A stretch of 64,000 nucleotides of DNA from Candidatus Latescibacterota bacterium (GTDB lineage: Bacteria; Latescibacterota; UBA2968), in contig OZ242320.1 of assembly GCA_965208125.1 (NCBI GenBank), forward strand, positions 5,344,001 through 5,408,000. Reading direction: 5' to 3'. The position numbers and the translations under genes are program-made. Shown one piece after another: positions 1-9,149 of this stretch. Position 1 is the first letter of the stretch. The number at the start of each line of letters is the position of its first letter. The notes under the pieces are model-generated. The model did no database searches. It saw nothing but the letters and a program-made list of their open reading frames with translations, and was not told where the DNA came from.

Positions 1-412
1 TCAGCACCAGCGTTGTGACCTTGCCCCAAAAATTGGAAGACAACAACACATCGTGTCGCTTGACCAGATACATCCCCCCCAAAAAAATCACCACATCGCG
101 CAACAAAACGACCACAACCAGCCATACGGGCAGACCTTTGAACACAACCATGGCAATTGTAATCGCACCAACAGCCACTTTATCAGCCAGAGGATCGAGC
201 ATCTTCCCCCACTGTGAAATTTCACCCCGCCTGCGCGCGAGCCACCCATCTATCCAATCGCTGACAATCATCACCACCACCACGCCGAATGCTTCCCATA
301 CATAATTTGGGCCCAATGCAATAAGCCACACAGCGGGTACGATCAGCACCGCGCGCAACAAACTAACGGCATTTGACAGCGTCCAAAACCGACCGCGTTC
401 AGAGCTTTCCAT
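1..412 (-). CDS. pgsA: CDP-alcohol phosphatidyltransferase (PgsA-like), 3' end runs off the window
   Basis: Not in the ORF track. Manual translation from ATG 412 gives MESSERGRFWTLSNAVSLLRAVL...SDWIDGWLARRRGEISQWGKMLDPLADKV, which matches the DxxDGxxAR...GxxxDxxxD signature. Confidence 0.85.
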   Translation of the reverse strand, partial: MESSERGRFWTLSNAVSLLRAVLIVPAVWLIALGPNYVWEAFGVVVVMIVSDWIDGWLARRRGEISQWGKMLDPLADKVAVGAITIAMVVFKGLPVWLVVVVLLRDVVIFLGGMYLVKRHDVLLSSNFWGKVTTLVL

Positions 413-420
413 ACAACACC

Positions 421-1161
421 TCACGACAACATCAATTTCAGACCAATTCCCAGCACGAGAACCAGCACGCTGCGGTTAAACCACATAGGGGACAACCGCC
501 GGTTCAAAAACAAACCGACCACAGCCCCCAGGAACAAAGCCGGCAACATCCACACATCCATCATCAGACTCTGGAAATTGATCAATCCCAAAAAAACATA
601 AGGCGTCAACTTCAAAAGATTCAAAACAATGCCAAAAATCCACGCAGTACCCACAAACGTACGCCCGATCAGGCCCTGCGGCAACAAATACAACATCAAA
701 ATCACGCCACCTGCAGAAACCAATGTGGAAACCACCCCCAAAGTCACACCAACGCCAAAACGCATCCACGGCCCCGGCGGTTTCACATTCACCAGTATCC
801 GATCCCTCATGGTCTGTAGCACTGCAAAAATGCATGCCAGAGCACCTAACAGGCGCCGAAACCAGACCTCTGGCACAATATCCAGAATACCCGCGCCAAT
901 CAAAATACCCAGCGCCATGCCGGGCATCAACGCCTTGACATGGTCCCCAACCCAATGCCCCCAGTAGTATCTCGCACTGATCACATCGGTTGCCAGAGAA
1001 AGCGGCAAAACAAGCCCCAGCGCGGACTTTGCGGGCACTGCGAGCGCGAGAACCGGCACAGCTACCACACCAATGCCACCGCCAAATCCCGCGCGCATCA
1101 CGCCAATCAAAAAACCACCAACTCCCAACACGACAAAATCAATTATATCCAAAAAATCCAC
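421..1161 (-). CDS. Sulfite exporter TauE/SafE (TSUP) family membrane protein
   Basis: 246 aa, about 8 hydrophobic segments, GFGGGIGVVAVP N-terminal motif and an internal repeat (SAGGV). Confidence 0.8.
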   Translation of the reverse strand: MDFLDIIDFVVLGVGGFLIGVMRAGFGGGIGVVAVPVLALAVPAKSALGLVLPLSLATDVISARYYWGHWVGDHVKALMPGMALGILIGAGILDIVPEVWFRRLLGALACIFAVLQTMRDRILVNVKPPGPWMRFGVGVTLGVVSTLVSAGGVILMLYLLPQGLIGRTFVGTAWIFGIVLNLLKLTPYVFLGLINFQSLMMDVWMLPALFLGAVVGLFLNRRLSPMWFNRSVLVLVLGIGLKLMLS

Positions 1162-1166
1162 CTGTT

Positions 1167-1982
1167 TTAGCCATCAACAGTTCCCTTCGCCTCCCCTCGC
1201 CATATCTCAAACGCATTCGCCGCTGGTCCCACCAGAAACAGCGCGTAAAACGGCGCGTAAATCGCTTCATTCAAGCGCAAAATCATCTCGACAAAAGCCA
1301 CCAGAAACGCGACAATGCACTGCCCTTTTCGCGTCAACATAGTCGTTCTGGGATCTGTAATCATAAAAAAAATAAACAACTGATACATCGGCCCTGTAAT
1401 AGGCGCAATACTTGTCAAATACGCCTGCCCGGTAAACGCGCAACGGATGAGGGCAAAGGCCAAAAACGAAATAACATATACCGCGCAGATATGAAACCGC
1501 CGCAATCGCCAGAGTGCAGCACTTCCCAGAATCCAGATGATTACCATTACCGACAGAGTATTGCCCCACTGAATACTCAACCCCGCCACCACTTCAGGGG
1601 CGAGAAACAGCATAATACTCACCCCAAAATTGGATGGATTCCACAAATGCCTGCCGCGCCATCGCAACACATACTTAGATGCAATAGACAACACGCTGCA
1701 CAACACATAAGGCCAGACCAGAGGCGAGCGGATCAAAATCCCCACACTGATCCCGGTAATATACGCACTGACCAGCCCCGGCCACACACCCCACGTCAAT
1801 CGCCCCAGTGCAAATTCAGTCAGCACGCTACTCAGGATAGCTGTCAGCGTTTGCCTCAGACTCTCCAAAAAGCCAAAAGTAATCTGTCCCCCAATCAGAA
1901 TGCACGTAATCAATATTGGTGACAGATAGCGGCTTTGCAACCCCGTCCAGACCGATTTCCAGAACCCGCTCGCTCGATCCAT
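1167..1982 (-). CDS. Stand-alone RnfD/NqrB-like (UnbU-like) membrane protein
   Basis: 271 aa polytopic protein with SKYVL...HLWNPSNFG and FFMITDPRT motifs typical of the NQR2/RnfD family. Directly downstream of an ASPIC/UnbV gene. Confidence 0.75.
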   Translation of the reverse strand: MDRASGFWKSVWTGLQSRYLSPILITCILIGGQITFGFLESLRQTLTAILSSVLTEFALGRLTWGVWPGLVSAYITGISVGILIRSPLVWPYVLCSVLSIASKYVLRWRGRHLWNPSNFGVSIMLFLAPEVVAGLSIQWGNTLSVMVIIWILGSAALWRLRRFHICAVYVISFLAFALIRCAFTGQAYLTSIAPITGPMYQLFIFFMITDPRTTMLTRKGQCIVAFLVAFVEMILRLNEAIYAPFYALFLVGPAANAFEIWRGEAKGTVDG

Positions 1983-1983
1983 T

Positions 1984-3780
1984 TCAATTCTCTACAATCC
2001 GATGTATCCGCCGCACTTCGGGCGCGTAAAACATCTGTACCTGTCCCGACGGCCAGCGTATTGAAACGCTATCAACCGCCGTGTCCTCGCCTAAACCAAA
2101 ATGCAACGGACGCTGATTCTGCGCGGCATAGCCAATACCCCCCGACACCTCCTGCACCTGCACCTCGTCATTCCAGAACACCTGCACCCGCGCCCCAATC
2201 GCACTGCGATTGCTCTGCTGCCCAAACAGATCGAACCCAATCCAGTTTGTCTCTGCCCGCACTGTATTACGGTACAACAAAAGCGGTCCTCGCTGATTGG
2301 CCACCACCACGTCCAGCATCCCCCGGTTCCACAGATCTACCAGAGCCACAGCCCGCCCATCGAATCGATCCCGAACCCCCACACTCTGTGCTACCTCGAC
2401 AAATTGTCCCATCCCGTCGTTCACCCAAACGCACTTGGTCTGATGGCCTGCCAGACTTCTGCCTCGCATCGGCGGCCAGTTTTTTGCATCAGAGATAATC
2501 GCGCTGTGTCCGCCCGCCACCTGAGAAAAATCGTACCAGTAATTCCCATTTCCATCTGCTGAAACATACCCATTGGTCAAAACGAGATCCAGCGCCCCGT
2601 CGTTGTTCAAATCCCCAAACTGGGCGCCAAAACTCCATCCCCCCAGATCAACACCCATCGCCCCGGCCAAATTCTCAAACCGCAAGGTCTCGCCTCCCAG
2701 GGGCACCCATAAATTATTTCCCTGAATGAGAACGCCAGCCTGAGAAATATTGGTCTCGTAAATTGCCAGATCCCCCCGATTCAGCACATCGCCAAATGCG
2801 GCATTCATACCGCTCTTTGGCTGGCGCCCCACCCCGGCTTGCTCTCCCATCTCGACAAACCGCTCTCCGCCCTCATTCACATACAACTCGGAAATCCCGT
2901 AATCATTGGATAAAAACAGATCGGGAAACCCGGAGTCGTTCAAATCCGCTGCACCCACCGCCAGTGTCCACCTTCTGCTCGTGATCCCAACCCGCATAGT
3001 CACATCTTCAAATGTCCCATCGCCCGAGTTTTTCAACAAATACTTCCGTCCCCCATTATTCGCATACTCAAAACTCTCCGGCATCATCCGCGTGGTCTCC
3101 AAATCCCACAAATTCAGGGAATCGGGCCAGTAACCCGCCACAAAAATATCCAGATACCCATCGCAGTCGTAATCTACCCAGATCGCACTCCCGGCATTGA
3201 TCCACCTGGGCAAATCCGCTGTTTCAGTCACGCGCTCAAACACCTTTCCTTCCCGATTGCGAAACAACTCGGGACGGCCCCATTTATACAAAAATAAATC
3301 TTCGAACCCATCGTTGTCGTAATCACCCCACACAGACCCCATACTCACGCCCGCTCGATTCACATCCGCCACGCCCATTGTCTCAGCCACATCTTCAAAA
3401 CCCGTCCCTCCCAAATTGCGATAAAGCCGATTTAAACTGCCCCTGCGACTGCTGGTCACATACAAATCCTGCCAACCATCCCTGTCGTAATCCACCACCG
3501 AAACCGCCGCGCCCATCGACGCGATAATTGGCATAATATGATCCAGCTTTGCATCCAACACAGGAGCTTCATGTACAAAATTGATCCCCACCTGTTTTCC
3601 AACTTCTTTCAGGTAGAATCCATATCGTTCAGAGCCAGTGCCACTCACTTTCTCCACTTGCCCAACCCCCCACTTCATCGCGCCCAGTGCCACCAGCAAT
3701 AACCCAAAAAACAGCACCACCAGAATCCGCACGACGCGATTGGGACGTCTCTCCTCTATCCCGCTATCTTCCCGCTTCAT
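1984..3780 (-). CDS. CRTAC1-family FG-GAP repeat protein with C-terminal ASPIC/UnbV domain
   Basis: N-terminal TM helix, repeated DYDxDGxxD motifs, C-terminal SNRSAIGARV...LHFGLG...IRWPSG. Confidence 0.9.
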   Translation of the reverse strand: MKREDSGIEERRPNRVVRILVVLFFGLLLVALGAMKWGVGQVEKVSGTGSERYGFYLKEVGKQVGINFVHEAPVLDAKLDHIMPIIASMGAAVSVVDYDRDGWQDLYVTSSRRGSLNRLYRNLGGTGFEDVAETMGVADVNRAGVSMGSVWGDYDNDGFEDLFLYKWGRPELFRNREGKVFERVTETADLPRWINAGSAIWVDYDCDGYLDIFVAGYWPDSLNLWDLETTRMMPESFEYANNGGRKYLLKNSGDGTFEDVTMRVGITSRRWTLAVGAADLNDSGFPDLFLSNDYGISELYVNEGGERFVEMGEQAGVGRQPKSGMNAAFGDVLNRGDLAIYETNISQAGVLIQGNNLWVPLGGETLRFENLAGAMGVDLGGWSFGAQFGDLNNDGALDLVLTNGYVSADGNGNYWYDFSQVAGGHSAIISDAKNWPPMRGRSLAGHQTKCVWVNDGMGQFVEVAQSVGVRDRFDGRAVALVDLWNRGMLDVVVANQRGPLLLYRNTVRAETNWIGFDLFGQQSNRSAIGARVQVFWNDEVQVQEVSGGIGYAAQNQRPLHFGLGEDTAVDSVSIRWPSGQVQMFYAPEVRRIHRIVEN

Positions 3781-6700
3781 CGCCTGTCATTCCTCAGTGC
3801 ATGATCAAACCAATCGGGCGTCACATACCGCGTGTGAAACCGCTGCCAATCCCCTGCATTGCGCTTAAACACCGGATCATCTTCAAGCGTTTCAGGCGCG
3901 CGATCATAAGTCAAAACCCCGTGCGCAGGCAAAGGCAACACTGTCGTTGAAAAAGCCGTATTATAATCGCCGTCTTTAACCCATCCATCGCCTTTCAACA
4001 CAAAATCCCGTATCTGCTTCCCTGGATCTGGCAAAGCCTCAAATTGCAATTGGATTTCATCTCCCGCATTCACAATCGCATATCGATCATCGACCTGTGC
4101 TAGCAATGGCTCTACATCTCCGTATCGCGTGTAATATCCCACGAGATCTCGCCACATTTGCGAAGTCCCGCCAAGCGCGTGATAATTCGGCACCTCGGGC
4201 GAACTCGCATCTGTCTCCGCCACCTGGGAAAACCCGCGATAACGCAACCGCGCGTGCTCCAAAGGGACAGATTGAACCGTCATCACACTGTCTTCAAGTG
4301 GCACGGCCCACGCCAAACGATCCCAATAAATCTCCAAATTGGTCTGCAATCTAAATTTTCGGGGAACATCTCGCGAAAAAACACCGCTCAGATCGATCAA
4401 CACCGTCTTGCGCTTTCCGGCTGGAAACCCCAGATCTGGATGCACGACGCGCCAATCAGTCCCATCAAATACATGTAGCGAAAGGCCCTGAGGTGGCGGA
4501 TGGCTACCCTGTCCCAGAGCCACATTGATCGAACTATCCGTCGGATGAATCCATCCCTGACCGACCAGCCACAGAGGTCCTTCCTTAGGCACCTCGTCTC
4601 CCACCATCACCTCCACATAGTGTTCCCGCGTCACCCCTTGATACGCACCCCGCTCAAAAGTATCCACATACTGTCCATCCCGCACCCGCACCCTATCGGT
4701 CACGTCGCGCCCCCGATCATCTTTCACAATAGCAAAGGGGCGAGGCTGCGTAGTCGCGTAAATCTCGAGCGATGGAGAAACCCGGGCAAAACGCTCATCC
4801 ACAAAAATCGACGTCCCCTCGGGATGATCAACTGCAACGAGAGACACCCAATCGACAAAATGCGTCTCCCACAATTCACCCGTAATCCGTATATCGTACA
4901 CCCCGTTTTGCGCGACCAACTGATCGCCTCTGACCTTCACCCAATCTTCCGTCTGAGCAATACCCGCAACCACCTGGGCATTGATTCGCATCCCCAGAGG
5001 CGACCGCCACAAAAAATCCGTTACAAACCCCATCTCCGATCCATTATACGCAAAAACCCAGGGGCATGACCCCTTCAAGCGTTGTACGGCACGCACCACC
5101 TGATCCACCTCCAGATCAAACTCCACCTGAGGCATCCCATTGGGCCACACAATCCGCACGAGATCTGCTCCTGTATAGGTCCCCAATCCAAAATGCACCA
5201 CCGGATCCGTCACCACTTGCTTCTGATAGAACGCGCCCGAGCGCAACTCCACCTCGGCACCCAAACCCAGTGCATTGATCCGCCCATCGCCCAGTGCCTT
5301 TCCGCCCAGGGGGCGAATCGCCTGCCAGTGATACGCCAAATCGCTCTGATTCACCAATTGCAACGCCTCGCCTGCATCCGAAACACCCAGCAAATCGAGC
5401 CGACCATCATCCGTCAAATCCGCCACACCGGTCACGCGCGCTTTCAGATCCAGAGAATGATAAGCCATTTCTGACGCCAAATAGGCGCGTTTGCCAAACA
5501 CCAGATCCAATGCACCGTTATTATCCAGATCCGCTATGAAAATCGGAACAGACCCAACTGTTGAATCACTCTGTATTATTTTGCGTATCTCCCCTTGCGA
5601 CACAGCGATCACAGCACCATCTCGATCTAAAATCACACGCTCTACACGCCCGTCTCGATCCAGATCTCCTGCGCCTATCGCAATCCCGTTCACCGCCCTT
5701 TTCGCCCCTGGCGTAAATACCCCCGCCCGTTCATTAATCGCCTCAATCAATTGCCCCTCTCGATCCAGCATCGCCGCATCGGGATCGCCATCTCCATCAC
5801 AATCTACCCACACAAAACCCCTCAATCCATCTACATTACTGAAAGGTTCTTGCGCCACAAACGAACCATCCCCATTATTTTGCAACACGAGCGGAGATCC
5901 ATCAAAACGCCCCAACACAAAATCGACATCTCCATCCATCTCTATATCCGCTCCCCACACGCCAGCCATCTCTTCTTCCAACCCGATGGAACCAGTCACA
6001 TCCTCAACCTCGCCATCCTCAGTGCGTCGGAACAATCGAAAACCCTCTGTCCCCACCAGTGCCAGATCTAACGCAAAATCGTTATTCCAATCAACTGTCA
6101 GCATCCCACCCATCTCCGATACCCCTGGAAAATCGAGCGCAATCCCCTCCATCCCCCACACTTGAGAAGCACTCGCCGCAACCACCTCTACCTCTTCTTT
6201 GGACCAGAAAGGCTTGAGCACCTGCCAGTCACTTCCCTCCAAACCCGCAACGGGTTCGGGTTCAAAGTGCATGTTTAAATCAGCAGGCGCTGGCATAGCC
6301 TGGGGCGCATTGAACTTCAAAAATTCAACCACGGGATCTCCCAGGCGTTCAGCCGGCACAATCAGCGCATCCAGAGCGCGTCGGTACACCGGATCGCGCA
6401 ACAACACATTGTGCAAAAACATCGTTTGCAAAGCTACCTCACTCCCCCCTTCCATCTCGCCTTGCAAACTGCGCAACTGCACCTGCGCCGCATCCGGCCA
6501 GCCTCCTACCCACTCGCTCAACTTCTCCACCGACGCGCGCAGAGCCTCTTCATCGCCCCGTTTGCCCGCCTGCCTTGCCCTCTCGACCCACAGCACGGAA
6601 TTGTCCGGCACCTGTTTGATCAGGGTTTCCAACTGTGCCCAGACCTCCTGCTCACTACCCCCTCCTCCTCGCCGTTCAAGTTCCTTCATCAGCGCGTATT

Positions 6701-7097
6701 GCGCCTTCACAAGCCCCTGTTGCGCCGCTTCCTCAAAAAACGCGATAGCAGCATCGGATTGCCCTCTGCTGCGCTCAACCAATCCCTGTAACATCGCGAT
6801 ATCGCCACTTTCGGGCATCAGTGAACGCGCTGTCTTCAAGTCATTTGCAGCCCCGTCGTAATCCCCGCGCCGCAACCGCAACACCCCGCGATTTGCCCAC
6901 GTAGCAGGCTCGTCGGGTTCCATTGTAAGAGCACGGCTCAAACTGGCATCTGCCCGATCAAAAGCACCTACCTCCAGCGCAAACACACCCGTATAGAATG
7001 CAGAAATATAATCCGCGCTCGGCGTAGCCATCTTCTCCTCTCCGCATCCAAAGCCCAACACCATCAACAACCCGATCGTGCGACGAATATCAAGCAT
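3777..7097 (-). CDS. Large TPR + FG-GAP + ASPIC/UnbV protein, probable lipoprotein
   Basis: Lipobox-like LGFGC, TPR repeats, DxDxDG repeats, VHFGLG...IVWPNG, followed by a C-terminal domain starting KGSCPW. Confidence 0.8.
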   Translation of the reverse strand: MLDIRRTIGLLMVLGFGCGEEKMATPSADYISAFYTGVFALEVGAFDRADASLSRALTMEPDEPATWANRGVLRLRRGDYDGAANDLKTARSLMPESGDIAMLQGLVERSRGQSDAAIAFFEEAAQQGLVKAQYALMKELERRGGGGSEQEVWAQLETLIKQVPDNSVLWVERARQAGKRGDEEALRASVEKLSEWVGGWPDAAQVQLRSLQGEMEGGSEVALQTMFLHNVLLRDPVYRRALDALIVPAERLGDPVVEFLKFNAPQAMPAPADLNMHFEPEPVAGLEGSDWQVLKPFWSKEEVEVVAASASQVWGMEGIALDFPGVSEMGGMLTVDWNNDFALDLALVGTEGFRLFRRTEDGEVEDVTGSIGLEEEMAGVWGADIEMDGDVDFVLGRFDGSPLVLQNNGDGSFVAQEPFSNVDGLRGFVWVDCDGDGDPDAAMLDREGQLIEAINERAGVFTPGAKRAVNGIAIGAGDLDRDGRVERVILDRDGAVIAVSQGEIRKIIQSDSTVGSVPIFIADLDNNGALDLVFGKRAYLASEMAYHSLDLKARVTGVADLTDDGRLDLLGVSDAGEALQLVNQSDLAYHWQAIRPLGGKALGDGRINALGLGAEVELRSGAFYQKQVVTDPVVHFGLGTYTGADLVRIVWPNGMPQVEFDLEVDQVVRAVQRLKGSCPWVFAYNGSEMGFVTDFLWRSPLGMRINAQVVAGIAQTEDWVKVRGDQLVAQNGVYDIRITGELWETHFVDWVSLVAVDHPEGTSIFVDERFARVSPSLEIYATTQPRPFAIVKDDRGRDVTDRVRVRDGQYVDTFERGAYQGVTREHYVEVMVGDEVPKEGPLWLVGQGWIHPTDSSINVALGQGSHPPPQGLSLHVFDGTDWRVVHPDLGFPAGKRKTVLIDLSGVFSRDVPRKFRLQTNLEIYWDRLAWAVPLEDSVMTVQSVPLEHARLRYRGFSQVAETDASSPEVPNYHALGGTSQMWRDLVGYYTRYGDVEPLLAQVDDRYAIVNAGDEIQLQFEALPDPGKQIRDFVLKGDGWVKDGDYNTAFSTTVLPLPAHGVLTYDRAPETLEDDPVFKRNAGDWQRFHTRYVTPDWFDHALRNDRR

Positions 7098-9078
7098 TGT
7101 GCTCCTTCCATCCCGGTATCGAAATATCCATCCGCCGCTCAGGCGCGTAGATCCTATCGCCCTTATAAGGCGTATCCTGCGTCAGAATATAAATCGCGCC
7201 ATCGTGTACATACGTAATCTCATCCCGCGGATCTCCCACCACATCCTCCACAACCCCACCCGCCCAATCAAACGGCATGCCCTCGCACACGGGTTTGATC
7301 ACCTTGCGACACTCTGCATCGTAAAACCCGAATGACTCCGCGCTGGTACTGATAAACAACAACTCTTGCCCATCGCCTGCCCAGTTCACAGCCGGTCCCC
7401 CCTGGCTCATGTTATCCGGCTCCATCCGGGACAGCGGATCCCCCTGCCCACTCACCAGATTCATAATCCCATAAGTTCCCCATCTGTCGCCCATCCACAT
7501 CTCTAACCCCGGCAAATCGGGTCTGAAATTCCCCGCGTAAATCCCCTGCACATGCCCATAGCGGAGGTGACTCAACAAAGTGCCATCCCGCGCATCCACC
7601 AGGAAAAACCCCGGATCGCTCCCCGCAATCCCGACCTCTGGTCCATTGCTCTCATCCCCATCCAATTCTCCAAAAGAAGCGTGGTCAATATGCCCTGCAC
7701 CGCCAGAATCCTCAATGTACTCCGCCCCCTCCATTGTCCAGAGATGATTTCCATCTCCATCGTACAAATCGTAACCGGGCAAAATTTCATCCCGCCCGTC
7801 GCCATCTACATCGTAAAACCAGATATACATCCCGTACCACGCATTGTGCGCATCCTGTCGCCAGCGCAAATTCAAATTTTCGTCAAATGCCCAGATCGAA
7901 TACCCTGTGCCCGCGCCATCGCCATCTCGCAAAATCAAATCCTGCGCCTTCTCCGTCTTTCTAATTTTACACGGCCAGATCACCCTGAGCGAATGCAAAA
8001 CATCTCCCATGCTCGCATTCCTGTATCCCCGATACGGTCCCGTCCTCGGCAGTTCTGTTTCCGCTGTCACCTCACCCGATTCTCCACTCACCAACTTTAA
8101 CCGATCATCCTCAATACCGATAAAGTCCTCTACCCCATCTCCATCCAGATCGTGAACCTCAGACCTTTGCAACCCTTTTGCAGCGGGAAAAGTCCGATCG
8201 TATTGCACTTCCCCATCAAAATTCAGGCACACGACGCGCACGCCTTCATCCGTCTCCTTTTGCAACACAATTTCCTTTTGCCCCGCCCCTCTAAAATCGC
8301 CGTATCGAACCCCACACGGCCAGAACTCGCCAATGTCAATCCGCTTCCACAGCACGGGCTTCGGATACTTCTCTGCCTCCTCTGCCACCTCTTTTTCATA
8401 GGCGTCCAACCGACTCACATACGCGGCATTGCCATATGCACTCGTTGTAACGCGCACCGCGCGCATGCGACTTCGCGTATTTGTACGCACGCCCACCTTC
8501 CCTGTCGGAAAGCGATCGTCATAAGCCACAAATGCCTGCTCCCCATTCACATAACACGCAAACCGCTCGCCCTCACACACCACTTTTAGCGTGTAATACT
8601 GTCCCCTATCAAATCCGTTGGGCAGATCCGCCAGCATAGTCCACGCCTCGTCTTCTCTTCGATAGAGCACAAACCGATCAAACCCCTCCATACAAAAATA
8701 ATAATACCGCCTCAAATCTTGATACCGCACCATAACCCCCGACCGGGCGACAATCGCATGGGGGTCGTCATTGCCCGGCTGGGTATATGCGTTCAACTGC
8801 CGCACCTGTGCTTCCACCGTGTAATCCCCCCACAGCGGCTCGCCCGCCACCAGGCACCGATCCGACTTGGCAGTGTGCTCCAACACCTCTGTGTCGTCAT
8901 CTTTCACCACCCGATAATTACTCAGCATATTCCACTTAGGGGGCGCGACCAGCGCATTCCCCCAGCCCTTGAAATATTGCTCCTCGATACTCTGATCCGG
9001 TTCTGTCTTATCCAGCACCGTACCCAGCGGACATCCCGCCAGATCAATCTCCGCCAGCAATCGCTCATTGTTTGCCAT
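7090..9078 (-). CDS. Lectin/DUF1080-like N-terminal domain fused to an FG-GAP beta-propeller (rhamnogalacturonan lyase YesW/YesX-like)
   Basis: Start moved to ATG 9078 (GGAGAGGA RBS). WGDYTVEA...GKVGVRT beta-sandwich, then DVDGDGRDE, GHID and HVQ...GNFRPDLPGLE motifs. No signal peptide. Confidence 0.6.
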   Translation of the reverse strand: MANNERLLAEIDLAGCPLGTVLDKTEPDQSIEEQYFKGWGNALVAPPKWNMLSNYRVVKDDDTEVLEHTAKSDRCLVAGEPLWGDYTVEAQVRQLNAYTQPGNDDPHAIVARSGVMVRYQDLRRYYYFCMEGFDRFVLYRREDEAWTMLADLPNGFDRGQYYTLKVVCEGERFACYVNGEQAFVAYDDRFPTGKVGVRTNTRSRMRAVRVTTSAYGNAAYVSRLDAYEKEVAEEAEKYPKPVLWKRIDIGEFWPCGVRYGDFRGAGQKEIVLQKETDEGVRVVCLNFDGEVQYDRTFPAAKGLQRSEVHDLDGDGVEDFIGIEDDRLKLVSGESGEVTAETELPRTGPYRGYRNASMGDVLHSLRVIWPCKIRKTEKAQDLILRDGDGAGTGYSIWAFDENLNLRWRQDAHNAWYGMYIWFYDVDGDGRDEILPGYDLYDGDGNHLWTMEGAEYIEDSGGAGHIDHASFGELDGDESNGPEVGIAGSDPGFFLVDARDGTLLSHLRYGHVQGIYAGNFRPDLPGLEMWMGDRWGTYGIMNLVSGQGDPLSRMEPDNMSQGGPAVNWAGDGQELLFISTSAESFGFYDAECRKVIKPVCEGMPFDWAGGVVEDVVGDPRDEITYVHDGAIYILTQDTPYKGDRIYAPERRMDISIPGWKEHNA

Positions 9079-9149
9079 GTCATCCTCTCCCAAAAAATGA
9101 AAATTACATCGACGCGGTGTCTCCTATCCCGCCATAAATAAATCTAAAA

